From Gemmatimonadota bacterium (GTDB lineage Bacteria; Gemmatimonadota; Gemmatimonadetes; JACCXV01; JAHWKZ01), in NCBI GenBank assembly GCA_036556305.1, contig DATBJO010000090.1:39923-103922 (forward strand): a stretch of DNA of 64,000 bases, in the 5' to 3' direction. Both the position numbers and the translations under genes were made by a program. Below, piece by piece: positions 9,202 to 17,856 of the stretch. Every line of letters starts with the position of its first letter. Within the stretch, counting starts at the first letter, position 1. Below the pieces are notes generated by a model. It was not told the origin of the DNA. It ran no database searches and worked only from the letters and a program-made list of their open reading frames with translations.

Positions 9202-9333
9202 ATGCTTTGGACGGTCATCGTGATCCTGCTGATCCTGTGGCTCCTGGGAGGATTCGTGAGGCCGGTCGGCGGGTTCATCCACCTGCTGCTGGTCATCGTC
9301 CTCATCCTGGTGATCATCCAGCTGCTGCAGTGA
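9202..9333 (+). CDS. lmo0937 family small membrane protein (43 aa); absent from the ORF track
   Basis: ATG at 9202 preceded by a strong GAGGAGGAGGGGGG Shine-Dalgarno. Translation MLWTVIVILLILWLLGGFVRPVGGFIHLLLVIVLILVIIQLLQ matches the conserved lmo0937 pattern (MLWTIIxILLxLWLxG...GGxIHLLLVI). Followed by a terminator. Confidence 0.7.
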   Translation: MLWTVIVILLILWLLGGFVRPVGGFIHLLLVIVLILVIIQLLQ

Positions 9334-9386
9334 TCCAACCGGCCGGAATCCAACCGCTCGAGCAATCGCGGGAGGACGAAACGAAA

Positions 9387-9416
9387 ACGGGTCGCTCGCG
9401 GCGACCCGTTTCTCTT
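9387..9416. terminator. Rho-independent terminator hairpin, probably bidirectional
   Basis: Perfect 9-bp stem ACGGGTCGC/GCGACCCGT with loop TCGCG, followed by TTCTCTT on the plus strand and by a T-rich tract on the minus strand. It lies between the lmo0937 gene (+) and tRNA-Leu (-). Confidence 0.6.
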
Positions 9417-9430
9417 CCGGCATCCTTGAC

Positions 9431-9517
9431 TGGTGCCCAAGGGGAGATTCGAACTCCCACGGCCTTTCGGCCACTGCCCCCTCAAGACAGCGTGTCTACC
9501 AATTCCACCACTTGGGC
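9431..9517 (-). tRNA. tRNA-Leu (anticodon GAG)
   Basis: Reverse complement GCCCAAGTGGTGGAATTGGTAGACACGCTGTCTTGAGGGGGCAGTGGCCGAAAGGCCGTGGGAGTTCGAATCTCCCCTTGGGCACCA. It has a 7-bp acceptor stem, an anticodon loop UUGAGGG (anticodon GAG), a long variable arm, a GTTCGAATC T-loop and an encoded CCA. Confidence 0.85.
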
Positions 9518-9552
9518 CGAGGGCGCTCCTCGAGTCTTCCTGCGGCCGCCGG

Positions 9553-9978
9553 TTACGGCTGGGTCGGCTGGTCCGCCGGGGCCTGCGCAGGGGCCGGAGC
9601 GGCGCCTTCCGTCGTGCCGGCGCCCGGCTGGCCGCCCATGATCGACTGGAGGTCGCTCGGCTCCCCTGTCTCCGTCGGAGCATCCGCAGGAGCGGCCTGC
9701 TGCTGGCTCTGCATCTCCGATTCGATGAGGCTCCGCGGCGCGGTTCCCCGGACGGTCAGGAGCGAGAGCACGAAGCAGATCACGAGAAACGCCCCGCCCA
9801 GCCATTTCGTCGCGCTGTGGAGGAACGTCACCGTCTGCCGGCTGCCCATCATCTCCATGCCGGTCCCGGCGCCGCCGAAGCCCGCGGCCAGCCCCCCGCC
9901 CTTGCCGGCCTGGAGGAGGACCGCGAGGACCAGGCCGAAGCAGTCGATCAGGAGAAGGATGAGAAGCGCAGTGTACAT
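9553..9978 (-). CDS. secG: Preprotein translocase subunit SecG
   Basis: 141 aa; MYTALLILLLIDCFGLVLAVLLQAGKGGGL is the SecG signature. Conserved position downstream of tpiA. Confidence 0.85.
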   Translation of the reverse strand: MYTALLILLLIDCFGLVLAVLLQAGKGGGLAAGFGGAGTGMEMMGSRQTVTFLHSATKWLGGAFLVICFVLSLLTVRGTAPRSLIESEMQSQQQAAPADAPTETGEPSDLQSIMGGQPGAGTTEGAAPAPAQAPADQPTQP

Positions 9979-10013
9979 GACAGCCTATCAATTTACCGTC
10001 TGGCTACAGGGCG

Positions 10014-10790
10014 TCAACCTCCGATCGCGCATGCGGCCGCGACGATCGCGGCGAAGTCGCGGGCGTCGAGGCTCGACCCTCCCACGAGCGCGCCGTCGAT
10101 GTCCGGCTGCTCGAGGAGCCGCGCGGCGTTGTCCGGCTTTACGCTTCCGCCGTACAGGATCCGCGTCTCGCCCGCGACCGTCGGGGCCGCCAGCGCAGCC
10201 AGGATCTCACGGATCGCCGCGTGCATCTCCTGCGCGTCCTCGGGCCGCGCCGTACGGCCCGTGCCGATCGCCCACACCGGCTCGTAGGCGATCGACAGTC
10301 GCGCGTGCTCGGCGCGGGAGAGGCCGGTCGCGGCGCGTGTCAGCTGCCGCAGCACGACCGGCCGCGCGCGACCACGCTCGCGCTCCTCGAGGGTCTCGCC
10401 GACGCAGAGCATCGGGTCGATACCGGCGGCGAGCGCGGCGCGGAGCTTGAGCGCGCAGCCTTCGTCCGTCTCGCCGAAGAGCTGCCGCCGCTCGCTGTGA
10501 CCGACGAGGACCCGCCGACCACCGGCGGCCGCGATCATCGGCGCCGATACCTCGCCCGTGAACGCGCCTGCGCTCTCCCAGTGACAGTTCTGTCCCCCCA
10601 CCGAGGCATCCGGTCGGACGCGCGCGGCGCGCGCCACGGCCTCGAGGATCGGAAACGGCGGGAAGAACGCGAGCTCGACGCCCGGCGACGCCGGGGGGGC
10701 GTGCCGCGCGAAGAGCTCGAAGAACTCGGCCGCGTCGGCCGCGGTCTTGTGCATCTTCCAGTTCGCGGCGACGAGGAGCGCTCGGCTCAC
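10014..10790 (-). CDS. tpiA: Triose-phosphate isomerase
   Basis: 258 aa from the GTG at 10790, which overlaps the pgk stop (GTGA). Motifs ANWKMHK, GHSERR, AYEPVWAIGTG, YGGSV. The track ORF's N-terminal extension to 11339 is spurious. Confidence 0.9.
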   Translation of the reverse strand: MSRALLVAANWKMHKTAADAAEFFELFARHAPPASPGVELAFFPPFPILEAVARAARVRPDASVGGQNCHWESAGAFTGEVSAPMIAAAGGRRVLVGHSERRQLFGETDEGCALKLRAALAAGIDPMLCVGETLEERERGRARPVVLRQLTRAATGLSRAEHARLSIAYEPVWAIGTGRTARPEDAQEMHAAIREILAALAAPTVAGETRILYGGSVKPDNAARLLEQPDIDGALVGGSSLDARDFAAIVAAACAIGG

Positions 10791-12025
10791 GGCTTCCCCG
10801 CGCGGGGAGGATCCAGCGCCTCGATCCCGGGCATCGGCGAGCCGCTCACGAGCTCGAGCGCCGCCCCTCCCCCGGTCGACGCATGGCTCACGTCTCCGAT
10901 CCGGCCGGCGCCCTCCAGCGCGGCGATCGAATCGCCGCCGCCCACGACCGTGAACGCGCCGGCCTCGGTGGCGGCGGCCATCCGCTCCGCGAAGTCCCGC
11001 GTCCCGGCGTCGAAAGGCGAGATCTCGAAGACGCCCAGCGGACCGTTCCAGAAGACGGTCCCCGCCGAGCGGACCCGCTCGCCGAACGACTCGACCGTCT
11101 TCGGACCCACGTCGAGGATCTTCCAGCCCGGCGCGACCTCGCCGGCCTCGATCGTCCGGGTCTCGGCTCCGCTCTCGATCTCGCGCGCCACGACGAAGTC
11201 CTTCGGCAGCTCGATCGCTTCGCCACGCTCGGCGAGGAGCGCGCGGGCCTCCCCGACGAGGTCGGGCTCGACCAGCGACGCGCCGATTCCGAAGCCGCGC
11301 GCGAGCAGGAACGTGTTCGCCATCCCGCCTCCCAGGCACACCCGGTCGCAGCGATCCAGCAGTCCCCTCACGGTCTCCAGCTTCCCCGAGATCTTCGCCC
11401 CGCCGAGCACGGCCACGAACGGACGCCGCGGCTCCTCGAGGAGTCTGCGGAACGCCGTCAGCTCGCGGTCGACGAGCTTCCCGGCCACGTTCGGACGCAG
11501 ATGACGCGTGACGCCGACGGTGGACGCGTGCGCGCGGTGAACCGTGCCGAACGCGTCCTGCACGAACAGGTCCGCGAGCGAGGCGAGCCGCGCCGCGAAC
11601 GCGGGATCGTCGGCCTCCTCTCCGGGATCGAAGCGCAGGTTCTCGAGCAGGAAGACGCCGCCGGCGCGGATCCGCTCGCGCGACCGATCGTCGAAGGGTT
11701 TCGGAAGATAGCCGACCTCGTGCCCGATGAGCGCGACGAGCCGCTCCGCGACCGGGGCCATCGTGAGATCGGCCCTGGGGACTCCCTTCGGTCGCCCCAG
11801 GTGACTCGCGAGGACGACTGTCGCGCCCCTCTCCTCCAGCGCGCGGATCGTGGGCAACGCCGCGCGGATCCGCATGTCGCTCGCGACCCTCCGCCCGGCG
11901 CCCTCGCCCTCGAGCGGCACGTTGAAATCCACCCGCACGAGGGCGCGCCGGCCGGTGACCTCGGCCGGGGCAAGCTCGTCGAGTGAGAGCCGGGCGAGGG
12001 CGGACACGGATCCGCCCACGGTCAT
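10787..12025 (-). CDS. pgk: Phosphoglycerate kinase
   Basis: 413 aa from the ATG at 12025, which overlaps the gap stop (ATGA). [21 protein letters not shown] and the C-terminal GGGA motifs. The track ORF's extension to 12580 is spurious. Confidence 0.9.
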   Translation of the reverse strand: MTVGGSVSALARLSLDELAPAEVTGRRALVRVDFNVPLEGEGAGRRVASDMRIRAALPTIRALEERGATVVLASHLGRPKGVPRADLTMAPVAERLVALIGHEVGYLPKPFDDRSRERIRAGGVFLLENLRFDPGEEADDPAFAARLASLADLFVQDAFGTVHRAHASTVGVTRHLRPNVAGKLVDRELTAFRRLLEEPRRPFVAVLGGAKISGKLETVRGLLDRCDRVCLGGGMANTFLLARGFGIGASLVEPDLVGEARALLAERGEAIELPKDFVVAREIESGAETRTIEAGEVAPGWKILDVGPKTVESFGERVRSAGTVFWNGPLGVFEISPFDAGTRDFAERMAAATEAGAFTVVGGGDSIAALEGAGRIGDVSHASTGGGAALELVSGSPMPGIEALDPPRAGKP

Positions 12026-13026
12026 TTCCCCAGGAAGGGGCGCAGACGCTCGGCGAGGTCGAGGAGACGGGTCGAGAATCCCATCTCGTTGTCGTACCAG
12101 GAGAACACCTTGACCAGCGTGCCGTCGAGCACCGCCGTGGAGGGCGCGTCGACGATCGAGGAATACGGCGACGAAACGAAATCGATCGATACGAGCGGCT
12201 CGTCGGATACCGTCAGGATGCCGGACAGTCTCCCCTTCGACGCCGCGCGGAACGCGGCGTTCAGCTCGTCCACGGAGGTCTTCTTCTCCACCTCCACGGT
12301 CAGATCGACGAGCGAAACGTTCGGCGTGGGCACGCGGATCGACGTCCCGTCGATCTTCCCCTTGAGCTCGGGAAGGACGAGCGCGGTGGCGCGCGCGGCC
12401 CCGGTCGTCGTCGGGATCAGCGACAGCGCCGCCGCTCGCGCTCGACGCAGATCCTTGTCGGGCGAGTCGACGACGTGCTGGCTGGACGTGTAGGCGTGGG
12501 TCGTCGTCATGAGTCCGTGGACCCAGCCCACGTTGTCGAGGAGGACCCTCGCGACCGGCGCGAGGCAGTTCGTGGTGCACGAGGCGTTGGAGATCACGTC
12601 GTGTCCCGCCTCGAGCTTGTCGTCGTTGACGCCGACGACGACCGTGAAGTCGGCGTCCTTGGCCGGCGCCGAGATGATCACCTTCTTCGCGCCGGCCGCG
12701 AGGTGCTGCGCGGCTTGCGCCCGATCCTTGAAGCGTCCCGTCGATTCGATCACGACGTCGACGCCGAGCTCACCCCACGGGAGCCGCGTAGGATCCTTCT
12801 CGGACAGGACTCGGAGCTCGTCGCCGCCCACGCTCAGGCTCCCGTTCTCCACCTCGACGTCCGCGTCCAGGCGTCCGTGGACCGAGTCGTACTTCAGCAG
12901 ATGGGCCAGCGTGGCGGCGTCGGTCAGATCGTTGACCGCGACCAGGTCGAGATCCCGGCCCGTCCTGCGCAGGGCCCGGTAGGTAAGCCGCCCGATCCGG
13001 CCGAATCCGTTGATCCCGATGCGCAT
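12022..13026 (-). CDS. gap: Glyceraldehyde-3-phosphate dehydrogenase
   Basis: 335 aa from the ATG at 13026, with a GGAGGA Shine-Dalgarno. [32 protein letters not shown]. Confidence 0.9.
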   Translation of the reverse strand: MRIGINGFGRIGRLTYRALRRTGRDLDLVAVNDLTDAATLAHLLKYDSVHGRLDADVEVENGSLSVGGDELRVLSEKDPTRLPWGELGVDVVIESTGRFKDRAQAAQHLAAGAKKVIISAPAKDADFTVVVGVNDDKLEAGHDVISNASCTTNCLAPVARVLLDNVGWVHGLMTTTHAYTSSQHVVDSPDKDLRRARAAALSLIPTTTGAARATALVLPELKGKIDGTSIRVPTPNVSLVDLTVEVEKKTSVDELNAAFRAASKGRLSGILTVSDEPLVSIDFVSSPYSSIVDAPSTAVLDGTLVKVFSWYDNEMGFSTRLLDLAERLRPFLGK

Positions 13027-13068
13027 CGAATCCTCCTGAACGATAACCAACGCGGACGTCTCGGTGCC

Positions 13069-13090
13069 GGAGAGCTCCCCGCGCCTCGAC
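13069..13090 (-). terminator. GC-rich hairpin between comF and gap (possible terminator or attenuator)
   Basis: CCCCGCGC/GCGCGGGG 8-bp stem with a 6-nt loop. No U-tract follows, so its function is uncertain. Confidence 0.25.
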
Positions 13091-13120
13091 GCGCGGGGCG
13101 CCAAGTTACCGTGGCGTCCC

Positions 13121-13819
13121 CTAGAGCGCGAGGGCGAACGTGACCGCCGCGACGCGCGCGGCTCCCGCCGCATGCAGGGCGGACGCGGCGGCCGCCAGAG
13201 TCGCGCCGCTCGTCGCCACGTCGTCGATCAGCGCCAGCGCGAGACCCGCCTTGAGCCCTTCGCGCGCGACGAACGCGCCCTCGACGTTGCGCTTCCGCGC
13301 GGCGCGCCCCAGGCCGACCTGCGAGCGCGTGGGCCGCACGCGTTCGAGAGCGTCGACGACCGGGATCCCCAGCCGACGCGCGATCGACCGGGCGAGGAGC
13401 TCCGATTGGTTGAACCCGCGCTCGCGGAGCCGCGCGGCGTGGAGCGGGAGCGGGACCACCGCGTCGAGTGATAGGGCACGCTCTCCGAGCGCCTCCGCCA
13501 TGAAGCCGCCGCAGAGGTCCGACAGGTGCGACCATCCGCGGTACTTGAGCGCATGGACGATCGATTCCGCCGCGCCCGCGTAGCGGGTCGCGGCGACGGC
13601 GACGAGCCCGTCGGGCCAGCCGCGGCAGCGGTCGCAGGACCCGGGACTCCCCGGCCGCGGCAGCGAGCACCGACGGCACCCCGGCCCGAGCGGCCGCAGC
13701 GTGGCCCGGCACCAGCGGCAGACCCCCGGGCGCGCGCCCGGCAGCGGTTCGGCGCAGTGGACGCAGAGCGGCGGTAGAACGACGTCGAGGAGCAGGGCCA
13801 CCGGACGCGGCAGGGACAC
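13121..13819 (-). CDS. ComF family protein (phosphoribosyltransferase domain)
   Basis: 232 aa; N-terminal Cys-rich CVHCAEPL...CRWC zinc-finger-like region and C-terminal PRTase motif [12 protein letters not shown]. Confidence 0.75.
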   Translation of the reverse strand: MSLPRPVALLLDVVLPPLCVHCAEPLPGARPGVCRWCRATLRPLGPGCRRCSLPRPGSPGSCDRCRGWPDGLVAVAATRYAGAAESIVHALKYRGWSHLSDLCGGFMAEALGERALSLDAVVPLPLHAARLRERGFNQSELLARSIARRLGIPVVDALERVRPTRSQVGLGRAARKRNVEGAFVAREGLKAGLALALIDDVATSGATLAAAASALHAAGAARVAAVTFALAL

Positions 13820-13908
13820 GGGAACCGTCTGCGAGGGGGATCGGGCGGGCGGACGAGCCGGGGGCCGCGAGACGCGGCCCCCGTGACACCGGAGGGTCTA
13901 GCGAACGC

Positions 13909-14397
13909 TCAGCGGACCAGGGTCCCCGGAGGTCCGAGCCCCGGGAACTGCGCGCTGATCATGGCCAGGTAGCGCTCGCGCTCCTCGCCCGTGAGGATCG
14001 GCACCAGCCGGCGGACCCATTCCTGGGCCATCGCCACGCGCTGGCTCATGTAGTTGGCTCCGACGAGCCCCAGATAGGCGAGCTTGATCCCTTCGTCGAG
14101 CTTGAGCGCCTGCTCGAACGCGGCGATCGCGCGGGGATAGTCCCCGAGCTGGAAGTACGAGCCGCCCAGCAGGGCGAACGCGTTGCCGTTCCTGGGATCC
14201 AGCTTGACGACCTGCTCGAAGATGGGGATCGCCTCCCCGTAGCGGTGCGAGGCGTACAGGTCGCCCGCCAGAGCGTAGAGGGAATCGGGGTTGTCGGGGG
14301 ATATCGCGGGAGAGGTGGATGTGGACGCGGCTGCGGCGCCCGGCAGCATGAGGGCTGCGGCCAGGGTCGCGGCCGCCAGCATCGGTCTGAATCGCAT
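13909..14397 (-). CDS. Secreted TPR-repeat protein
   Basis: 162 aa with an N-terminal signal peptide (MRFRPMLAAATLAAALMLPGAAAA) and TPR-like repeats (YALAGDLY..., FALLGGSYFQLGDYPRAIAAFEQALKL). Confidence 0.65.
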   Translation of the reverse strand: MRFRPMLAAATLAAALMLPGAAAASTSTSPAISPDNPDSLYALAGDLYASHRYGEAIPIFEQVVKLDPRNGNAFALLGGSYFQLGDYPRAIAAFEQALKLDEGIKLAYLGLVGANYMSQRVAMAQEWVRRLVPILTGEERERYLAMISAQFPGLGPPGTLVR

Positions 14398-14485
14398 GAT
14401 CCCTTCTCGTCCTCCGTCTTGGAAGTGGCGATGGGGGGGAATTTATGTCGAGAAACCGGTCGGCCGCCCGGTGGACGGACATGCC

Positions 14486-14515
14486 ATTCTAAAGGCGTCC
14501 GGAGCCCCGCGTCAA
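14486..14515 (-). promoter_or_regulatory. Putative sigma70-type promoter for the TPR gene (TTGACG-N19-TAGAAT)
   Basis: Lies in the locally AT-richer 200-bp intergenic region 14398-14596. The -35 TTGACG is the reverse complement of 14510-14515 and the -10 TAGAAT the reverse complement of 14486-14491. Spacer is 19 nt, or 18 with a shifted -35. Confidence 0.3.
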
Positions 14516-14596
14516 CCTTCGAGGCCCCCGGGCGGGCGATCAAAAGACTACTTTGGATCGCTTCTGAGAGGCAACGGTCACATCAAGAATTCCGAT

Positions 14597-15067
14597 TCAG
14601 TCGGCCGCGTAGCGCCTGGCGAACCCCTCGAGGCAACTCTCCAGCTGTTCGAAGACCTCCTCGTAGACCTCCTCCTCCCAGCCCATCGGATCGCGGATCT
14701 CGCCGCTCCGGACGACCCCGTCGGGGGCGAACTCGGCGACCAGGCGGACGTCGGCGGCGGAATCGAGGGCCAGGACCTCGCGGGCATGCGAGCGCGTCAT
14801 GCAGAGGACCGTGTCCGCCCAGCGCACCAGTTCCGGATCCAGCTGCCGCGCCACGTGGCCCGAGATGTCGAGCGAGGCGCGGGCGGCGGTCGCGATCGCG
14901 TACGGCTGGGCGGGTCCCCCGATCACGGCGAAGGTCCCCGCGGACCGCACCTCGGCGTCGACCCCGAGCGCTTCGAACCGGGCCCGCAGGATGCCCTCGG
15001 CCATCGGCGACCGGCAGGTGTTGCCGGTGCAGACGACGAGGACGCGGAGCGGGCGCGACGCGGTCAT
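14597..15067 (-). CDS. Low-molecular-weight protein-tyrosine phosphatase
   Basis: 156 aa; the CTGNTCRSPMAEG P-loop (CX5R) close to the N-terminus and a DP motif near the C-terminus. Confidence 0.85.
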   Translation of the reverse strand: MTASRPLRVLVVCTGNTCRSPMAEGILRARFEALGVDAEVRSAGTFAVIGGPAQPYAIATAARASLDISGHVARQLDPELVRWADTVLCMTRSHAREVLALDSAADVRLVAEFAPDGVVRSGEIRDPMGWEEEVYEEVFEQLESCLEGFARRYAAD

Positions 15068-15107
15068 CGCGGCAGAAGTTGACGGGGGCCCCGGGGGGCC
15101 GCAAGCG

Positions 15108-15725
15108 TCACCCCGGCTCCCGGAGCTCGCCCACGACCTCGCGGATCCGCGCGCCCGGAATCGCGCCTTCGCGCAGGAGCCGCGGCGGTCGCGCCCCGGC
15201 GTCGACGATCGACGATGGGCGGCCGGCCGGCACCGTCGGCCCGAGGGGCTCGAGCGCGACTTCGATCGCGTCGTCCCCGGCCCGCGTCAGGAGTCCGAGC
15301 GCCACCGGCACCTCTGTCGGCGGCGATCCCCCGCGGCGGTTGGCGCTCGTCGAGAACAGCGGTCGGCGCCACGCCGCGAGGATGGCGGCGGAGACCGGAT
15401 CGGCCGCCGGCCTGACGGCGATCGACCCGTCGGCGATGACGGCCGACGGCGCCTCGTCCGAAGCCGGCAGGACGAGCGTCAGCGGGCCGGGCCAGAACGC
15501 GGCCGCGAGGCGCTCGGCCGCGGGCGGCCATTCGCCGGCGAGCTCCCGGGCGGCCTCGGTTCCCGGCACCAGACAGACGAACGGGCGCGGCTCCGCGTAC
15601 CCCTTGAGCGCGCGTGCGGCCGTGACCGCGGTCTCGCTCCGGGGATCGCCGCTCAGGCTGACGACGGTCTCGGTCGGGTGAAGGATGAGGCGCCCGCGCG
15701 CCAGCGCGTCGACGGCGGCCGTGAT
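15108..15725 (-). CDS. L-threonylcarbamoyladenylate synthase (YrdC/Sua5/TsaC family)
   Basis: The track ORF (15108-15569) covers only the C-terminal 153 aa. My in-frame upstream translation continues with ...ITAAVDALARGRLILHPTETVVSLSGDPRSETAVTAARALKGYAEPRPFVCLVPGTEAA, the canonical YrdC N-terminus. There is no ATG/GTG/TTG between the purB stop (15758) and the homology start; an ATC at 15725 is the best candidate. Start unresolved. Confidence 0.65.
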   Translation of the reverse strand: MTAAVDALARGRLILHPTETVVSLSGDPRSETAVTAARALKGYAEPRPFVCLVPGTEAARELAGEWPPAAERLAAAFWPGPLTLVLPASDEAPSAVIADGSIAVRPAADPVSAAILAAWRRPLFSTSANRRGGSPPTEVPVALGLLTRAGDDAIEVALEPLGPTVPAGRPSSIVDAGARPPRLLREGAIPGARIREVVGELREPG

Positions 15726-15757
15726 CCCGGCTTCGTCCGCCGGGCGTGGCGCGACGC

Positions 15758-17191
15758 TCAGACCCGCACCTCGCCGGTCATCTCGAGCGGGCCCCCGTAC
15801 GCCGCGAGCCGCGGACGCACCTCGCGGGCCAGGAAGCTCCGCGCCTGTTCCGGCGCGCGCCCCACGTAGGTCGCGGGATCACGGGCCCGCCGCCAGGTCT
15901 CCTCGGGCAGGGCGGCGAACCCGGGCTCGCCGGCCAGACGATCGAGCAGGTCGCTCCCCTCTCCCCCCTCGACGCGGGCCGCGGCTTCGCGCGCGCGGAC
16001 GCGGACACGCTCGTGGAGCGCCTGGCGATCGCCGCCCGATCGCGTGGCTGCCATGAGCAGCGTTTCGGTGGCCATGCTCGGCAGCTCGCGCCGGAGGTTC
16101 GCCGCGACCACCTCCTCCCGCACCTCGAGCCCGCCCGCGACTCCGTGATAGAGGACGAGCAGGGCGTCGACGGCGAGGTACAGCTCCGGCAGCGCGATCC
16201 GCTTGACCGCCGAATCGTCGAGCGAGCGCTCCAGCCACTGCGTGGACGCGGTCCACGCCAGGTTCCCCGCGGTCTGGATCGCGAAGCGCGACAGCGCGCT
16301 CATCCGCTCCGCGCGCATCGGGTTCCGCTTGAAGGGCATCGCCGAGGAGCCGACCTGTCTCTCGCCGAATGGTTCCAGGACCTCGCCCAGGTGCTGCAGG
16401 AGGCGCAGGTCGTGGCTGAACTTGCCCGTCGATTGCGCCACGCCGGCGATCGTCGCGGCCCACGCCGCGTCGATCTTGCGCGAGGCGGTCTGACCGGTGA
16501 CCGCGACCGCGCCGGTCGCGCCGAGCTTCGCGACGACCTTCCGCTCGAGCTCGTCGACCTTCGCTCCATCGCCGTCCGTCAGCGCGAGAAACGAAGCCTG
16601 CGTGCCGGTCGTCCCCTTGAGGCCGCGGAGGCGGAAGCTCTCGAGACGGAAGGCGATCTCGTCGAGATCGAGCAGGAGGTCCGCCATCCAGAGGCACGCC
16701 CGCTTGCCGACGGTCGTGGGCTGGGCGGGCTGGAAGTGCGTCCACCCGAGCGTCGGGAGATCGGCGAAGCGTTCGGCGAAATCCGCGAGCGCGGTCACCA
16801 CGCAGAGGATCTTCCGCTCGACGACGCGCGTGGCTTCGCGCATGAGCAGAAGATCGGCGTTGTCGACGACGAACGCGCTGGTCGCGCCGAGATGGAGGAT
16901 CGCGCGGGCCGACGGCGCCGCCTCGCCGAAGGCGTGCACGTGCGCCATGACGTCGTGGCGGAGCTCGCGCTCGAGCTCCGCGGCGCGCTCGAAGTCGATG
17001 TCTTCGGCCGCGGCCCGGAGGGCCGCGACCTGCTCCCCGCTGACGCCGCCGATCTCGAGCTCGTGCTGGGCTTCGGCGAGCGCGATCCAGATCCTCCGCC
17101 ACGTGCGGATCCGCTCCCGCGCCGAGAAGAGCCCCGCCATCTCGTCGCTCGCGTAGCGCTCGACGAGGGGGTTCGCGTACCGGTCGTGCAT
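15758..17191 (-). CDS. purB: Adenylosuccinate lyase
   Basis: 477 aa from ATG at 17191 (MHDRYANPLVERYASDEMAGLF...), a Bacillus-type PurB N-terminus. Fumarate-lyase signature GSSAMPFKRNP. Confidence 0.85.
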   Translation of the reverse strand: MHDRYANPLVERYASDEMAGLFSARERIRTWRRIWIALAEAQHELEIGGVSGEQVAALRAAAEDIDFERAAELERELRHDVMAHVHAFGEAAPSARAILHLGATSAFVVDNADLLLMREATRVVERKILCVVTALADFAERFADLPTLGWTHFQPAQPTTVGKRACLWMADLLLDLDEIAFRLESFRLRGLKGTTGTQASFLALTDGDGAKVDELERKVVAKLGATGAVAVTGQTASRKIDAAWAATIAGVAQSTGKFSHDLRLLQHLGEVLEPFGERQVGSSAMPFKRNPMRAERMSALSRFAIQTAGNLAWTASTQWLERSLDDSAVKRIALPELYLAVDALLVLYHGVAGGLEVREEVVAANLRRELPSMATETLLMAATRSGGDRQALHERVRVRAREAAARVEGGEGSDLLDRLAGEPGFAALPEETWRRARDPATYVGRAPEQARSFLAREVRPRLAAYGGPLEMTGEVRV

Positions 17192-17267
17192 CTCCCGGCC
17201 GCCCCTCCCGGCGCCCGCCACAGGCTTCATGTCGCTTGCAACGTGATGGATGCCATGATTCTGATTA

Positions 17268-17699
17268 TCAACGACTTGAATCGACTCTTCCGAGGATCCG
17301 GAGGGCGAGGTGGGCGGCGTTCGCCCCGGCGTCGATCCCGACCGCCGCGACCGGCACGCCGGGCGGCATCTGGGCGATCGCCAGGAGCGCGTCGACGCCC
17401 CGCAGGGCGCCCGCGGCGACCGGCAGCCCGATCACCGGGAGCCGCGAGTGGGCCGCCACGACACCCGGCAGGGCGGCGGCGAGACCGGCGGCCGCGATCA
17501 CGACCCTGAAGCCGCGCCCCTCGGCCCCGCGGGCGAGCTCGGCCACGCGATCGGGTGTCCGGTGGGCCGAGGCGACCTCGAGCTCGTACCCCACGCCCGC
17601 CTCGCGCAGGACCTTCTCGGCCTTCTCCACCACCGCCCGGTCCGACTCCGACCCGGCGAGAATGAGCACCAGAGGCCGAGACGTGCCCGTCTCGTTCAT
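17268..17699 (-). CDS. purE: 5-(carboxyamino)imidazole ribonucleotide mutase
   Basis: 143 aa; LVLILAGSESDR...ASAHRTPDR...VIIAAAG, the PurE signature. Confidence 0.85.
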   Translation of the reverse strand: MNETGTSRPLVLILAGSESDRAVVEKAEKVLREAGVGYELEVASAHRTPDRVAELARGAEGRGFRVVIAAAGLAAALPGVVAAHSRLPVIGLPVAAGALRGVDALLAIAQMPPGVPVAAVGIDAGANAAHLALRILGRVDSSR

Positions 17700-17856
17700 C
17701 GGCGTCTGAACTCCGGAGATCTTCCGGATGCAGGCCGCTCAGAATGGCCCGATATCGAGCCGCACCGCGCAGGGCTTCCGAGGCGTACCGGGAACGCACG
17801 CCGCAGGAAGACCGTGGAAATGCAACGAAGAGAGCGGGCCATCATCAGCGGCCTCC

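Noticed and set aside
10014-11339. N-terminal extensions of the track ORFs for tpiA, pgk, gap, sucC, sucD, PMM, fabG, fabH, cls, the AlkA-like glycosylase, yjbQ, the eIF2B-like gene and addB
   Set aside because: Homology and stop-start overlaps (ATGA/GTGA) place the real starts internally. The extensions are low-complexity read-through into the upstream gene.
14533-14562. Imperfect hairpin GCGATCAAAAG...CTTTGGATCGC downstream of the PTP gene, as a terminator
   Set aside because: The stem has a bulge and no clear U-tract on the sense strand. It could be a terminator for the yrdC-PTP transcript, but the evidence is weak.
15746-17509. 587-aa plus-strand ORF and 15879-17102 minus-strand alternative-frame ORF
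   Set aside because: They overlap purB, which has a clear fumarate-lyase signature. Shadow ORFs.
17700-17856. ZTP/pfl riboswitch upstream of purE
   Set aside because: No GACTGGCG-like or pseudoknot consensus found by eye; only a simple hairpin.
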